A stretch of 64,000 nucleotides of DNA from a virus (Duplodnaviria > Heunggongvirae > Uroviricota > Caudoviricetes): the IMG/VR virus record IMGVR_UViG_3300029570_000316, one strand, 5' to 3'. Shown here piece by piece: positions 62,701-64,000 of the stretch. Numbering within the stretch: position 1 is the stretch's first letter; every line of letters starts with the position of its first letter. A program made the position numbers and the translations under genes. The notes under the pieces were generated by a model, which was not told where the DNA came from, ran no database searches, and worked only from the letters and a program-made list of their open reading frames with translations.

Positions 62701-63010
62701 ATATCATTCCGCTGCCATCCTGCCGCCCAGTCTACCGGAGCTGCATTACAGCAGTGAAAAGATGTATTCACATTATATAAGGCTGCTCTGAACTCATCCA
62801 ATTCTTCTGCCGAGAACGGACAATCCTTGTTTACCCGCCTTTTCATAATTTCACTACCTTATAGCCAAGCCGACTTGCAAGATCAAGAAAAATATTAAAG
62901 TATTCCTGTGCAACTTCTGTTCCTGATACTACGCCATTTTCAAACGTGAAGTAACGCTTTGTATTGTAAAGCGTATCTTCCAAGCAATAAGTTTCTTTCA
63001 TTTCTTCTTT

Positions 63011-63736
63011 CTAATCAATTGTAAACAACCTTTCGACTGGTCTCTTTGTTATATTCGGGTTAAGAGAGTTTGTTACTTCCTTTTCCCAAACACATCTGAA
63101 CTCTTGGGGCATCTGATACTCGCTGATAAATACCTTATGACCTCTTCTATCCATTTCCATGCACCATATATAGAATCTTTCGTAATCGAAATTCTTTGAT
63201 ACATCATACTTTTTCGTAGCTTTGTAAGGCAAATCGCAATACACTATACTCCTATCCGGTATCACAAGTTCATCATAACTGCCGCTATAAAACTCGACAC
63301 CTTTGAGAAGAGGCACATCACGCATTGTATTTTCTATCTGCTCCCTTATGTAATCTCTTGCCTTTCCGTTCTTGCCGACAACATTATGTCCGCTATAGCC
63401 ACCATCAAAGAAACGTCCATTAAAGCTCGCCATAAAGCCAATTAGTCCGACACCTGCTTCTGTGAAGAATTTATTCTTTCCGTGATAGCAGTCTCTTGCA
63501 AAGTTATACAACGTCTTACTAATATGGTTGAAGACAAACCCATCATTCTGAAGATACTTCCACATTTCGATAAGATACCTATTCTTATCGTTGGCAATCC
63601 TTCGATACGTGTCCGGAACGTTCTCAATAACGCTACAGCCACCACAGAAAGCATCTACAAACGTATCATGCTCTTTGTCCAGCATAATCGGCAATATTTC
63701 ATGCACGATTCTAGCCTTACTACCCATGTACTTCAT
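63011..63736 (-). CDS. Dam-family (D12 class, alpha-type) N6-adenine DNA methyltransferase
   Basis: 241 aa; N-terminal YMGSKARIV, motif I DAFCGGCSV, motif IV DLPY (a DPPY variant). Confidence 0.75.
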   Translation of the reverse strand: MKYMGSKARIVHEILPIMLDKEHDTFVDAFCGGCSVIENVPDTYRRIANDKNRYLIEMWKYLQNDGFVFNHISKTLYNFARDCYHGKNKFFTEAGVGLIGFMASFNGRFFDGGYSGHNVVGKNGKARDYIREQIENTMRDVPLLKGVEFYSGSYDELVIPDRSIVYCDLPYKATKKYDVSKNFDYERFYIWCMEMDRRGHKVFISEYQMPQEFRCVWEKEVTNSLNPNITKRPVERLFTID

Positions 63737-63990
63737 CCTATCATCTTCTTTATCATTTTAACACCTCGGTTGCCAAACTTTCGCTCGACTACCTCATTAT
63801 AACTCACTCCATCAATGGAACACTCATCCGGATAGCACTCTTCAAGCCAATCTGTGAACTTCAGCAAATTGAAGACCAACTCTTTTCTTGCTAAAAGAAA
63901 CCGCATATCAACGAACTTTCCAAAGCTTACTCCGAAGATTTTCTGAAATTCATTACCTATAGGCAAAAAATCGCTTGACTCTATCTTCAT
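63733..63990 (-). CDS. hypothetical protein
   Basis: 85-aa minus ORF upstream of the Dam-like gene. Confidence 0.4.
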   Translation of the reverse strand: MKIESSDFLPIGNEFQKIFGVSFGKFVDMRFLLARKELVFNLLKFTDWLEECYPDECSIDGVSYNEVVERKFGNRGVKMIKKMIG

Positions 63991-64000
63991 TAGCTAACTT

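Overview
This 64 kb window looks like part of a tailed dsDNA phage (or prophage) genome from a Bacteroidota host. The host call rests on roughly a dozen intergenic copies of the Bacteroides-type -7 promoter motif TAnnTTTG, mostly appearing on the + strand as ...ATGCAAAGATA... in front of minus-strand genes.

About 95% of genes are co-oriented on the minus strand; only one block (45.2-47.7 kb, 50.7-51.0 kb) is on the + strand. Modules, low to high coordinate:
- (i) Accessory small genes plus an RtcB RNA ligase (1.8-3.0 kb).
- (ii) A DNA-modification / anti-restriction island (12.4-18.0 kb). It holds two beta-class N6A/N4C methyltransferases (one interrupted by an in-frame TAG), a Mom-like candidate, an HNH-AP2 homing endonuclease, and a C5-cytosine methyltransferase split by a +1 frameshift at a G7 run.
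- (iii) Virion morphogenesis genes (19.0-24.3 kb): tail, connector, major capsid and scaffold candidates. Immediately upstream is an amidoligase plus class-II glutamine-amidotransferase-like pair (24.5-26.1 kb).
- (iv) A minus-strand array of 5 tRNA-like genes (26.85-27.28 kb): Lys, Tyr, Gln, Glu, and one aberrant tRNA with an 8-nt anticodon loop.
- (v) ThyX and RNase H (32.9-34.3 kb).
- (vi) A 2088-aa tape-measure protein (34.4-40.7 kb).
- (vii) A HicAB toxin-antitoxin pair, tRNA-like mini-helices and iteron-like repeats (40.9-42.5 kb).
- (viii) A regulatory region with divergent promoters and two diverged, inversely oriented paralogous gene arms. These flank an AntA/KilAC antirepressor and an ASCH-domain gene (44.7-51.0 kb).
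- (ix) Further accessory genes including a radical-SAM plus GNAT pair and a Dam-family methyltransferase (63.0-63.7 kb).

No terminase, portal, integrase or CRISPR array could be recognised in the window. The standard genetic code appears to apply, since TAG terminates many genes including the capsid gene.
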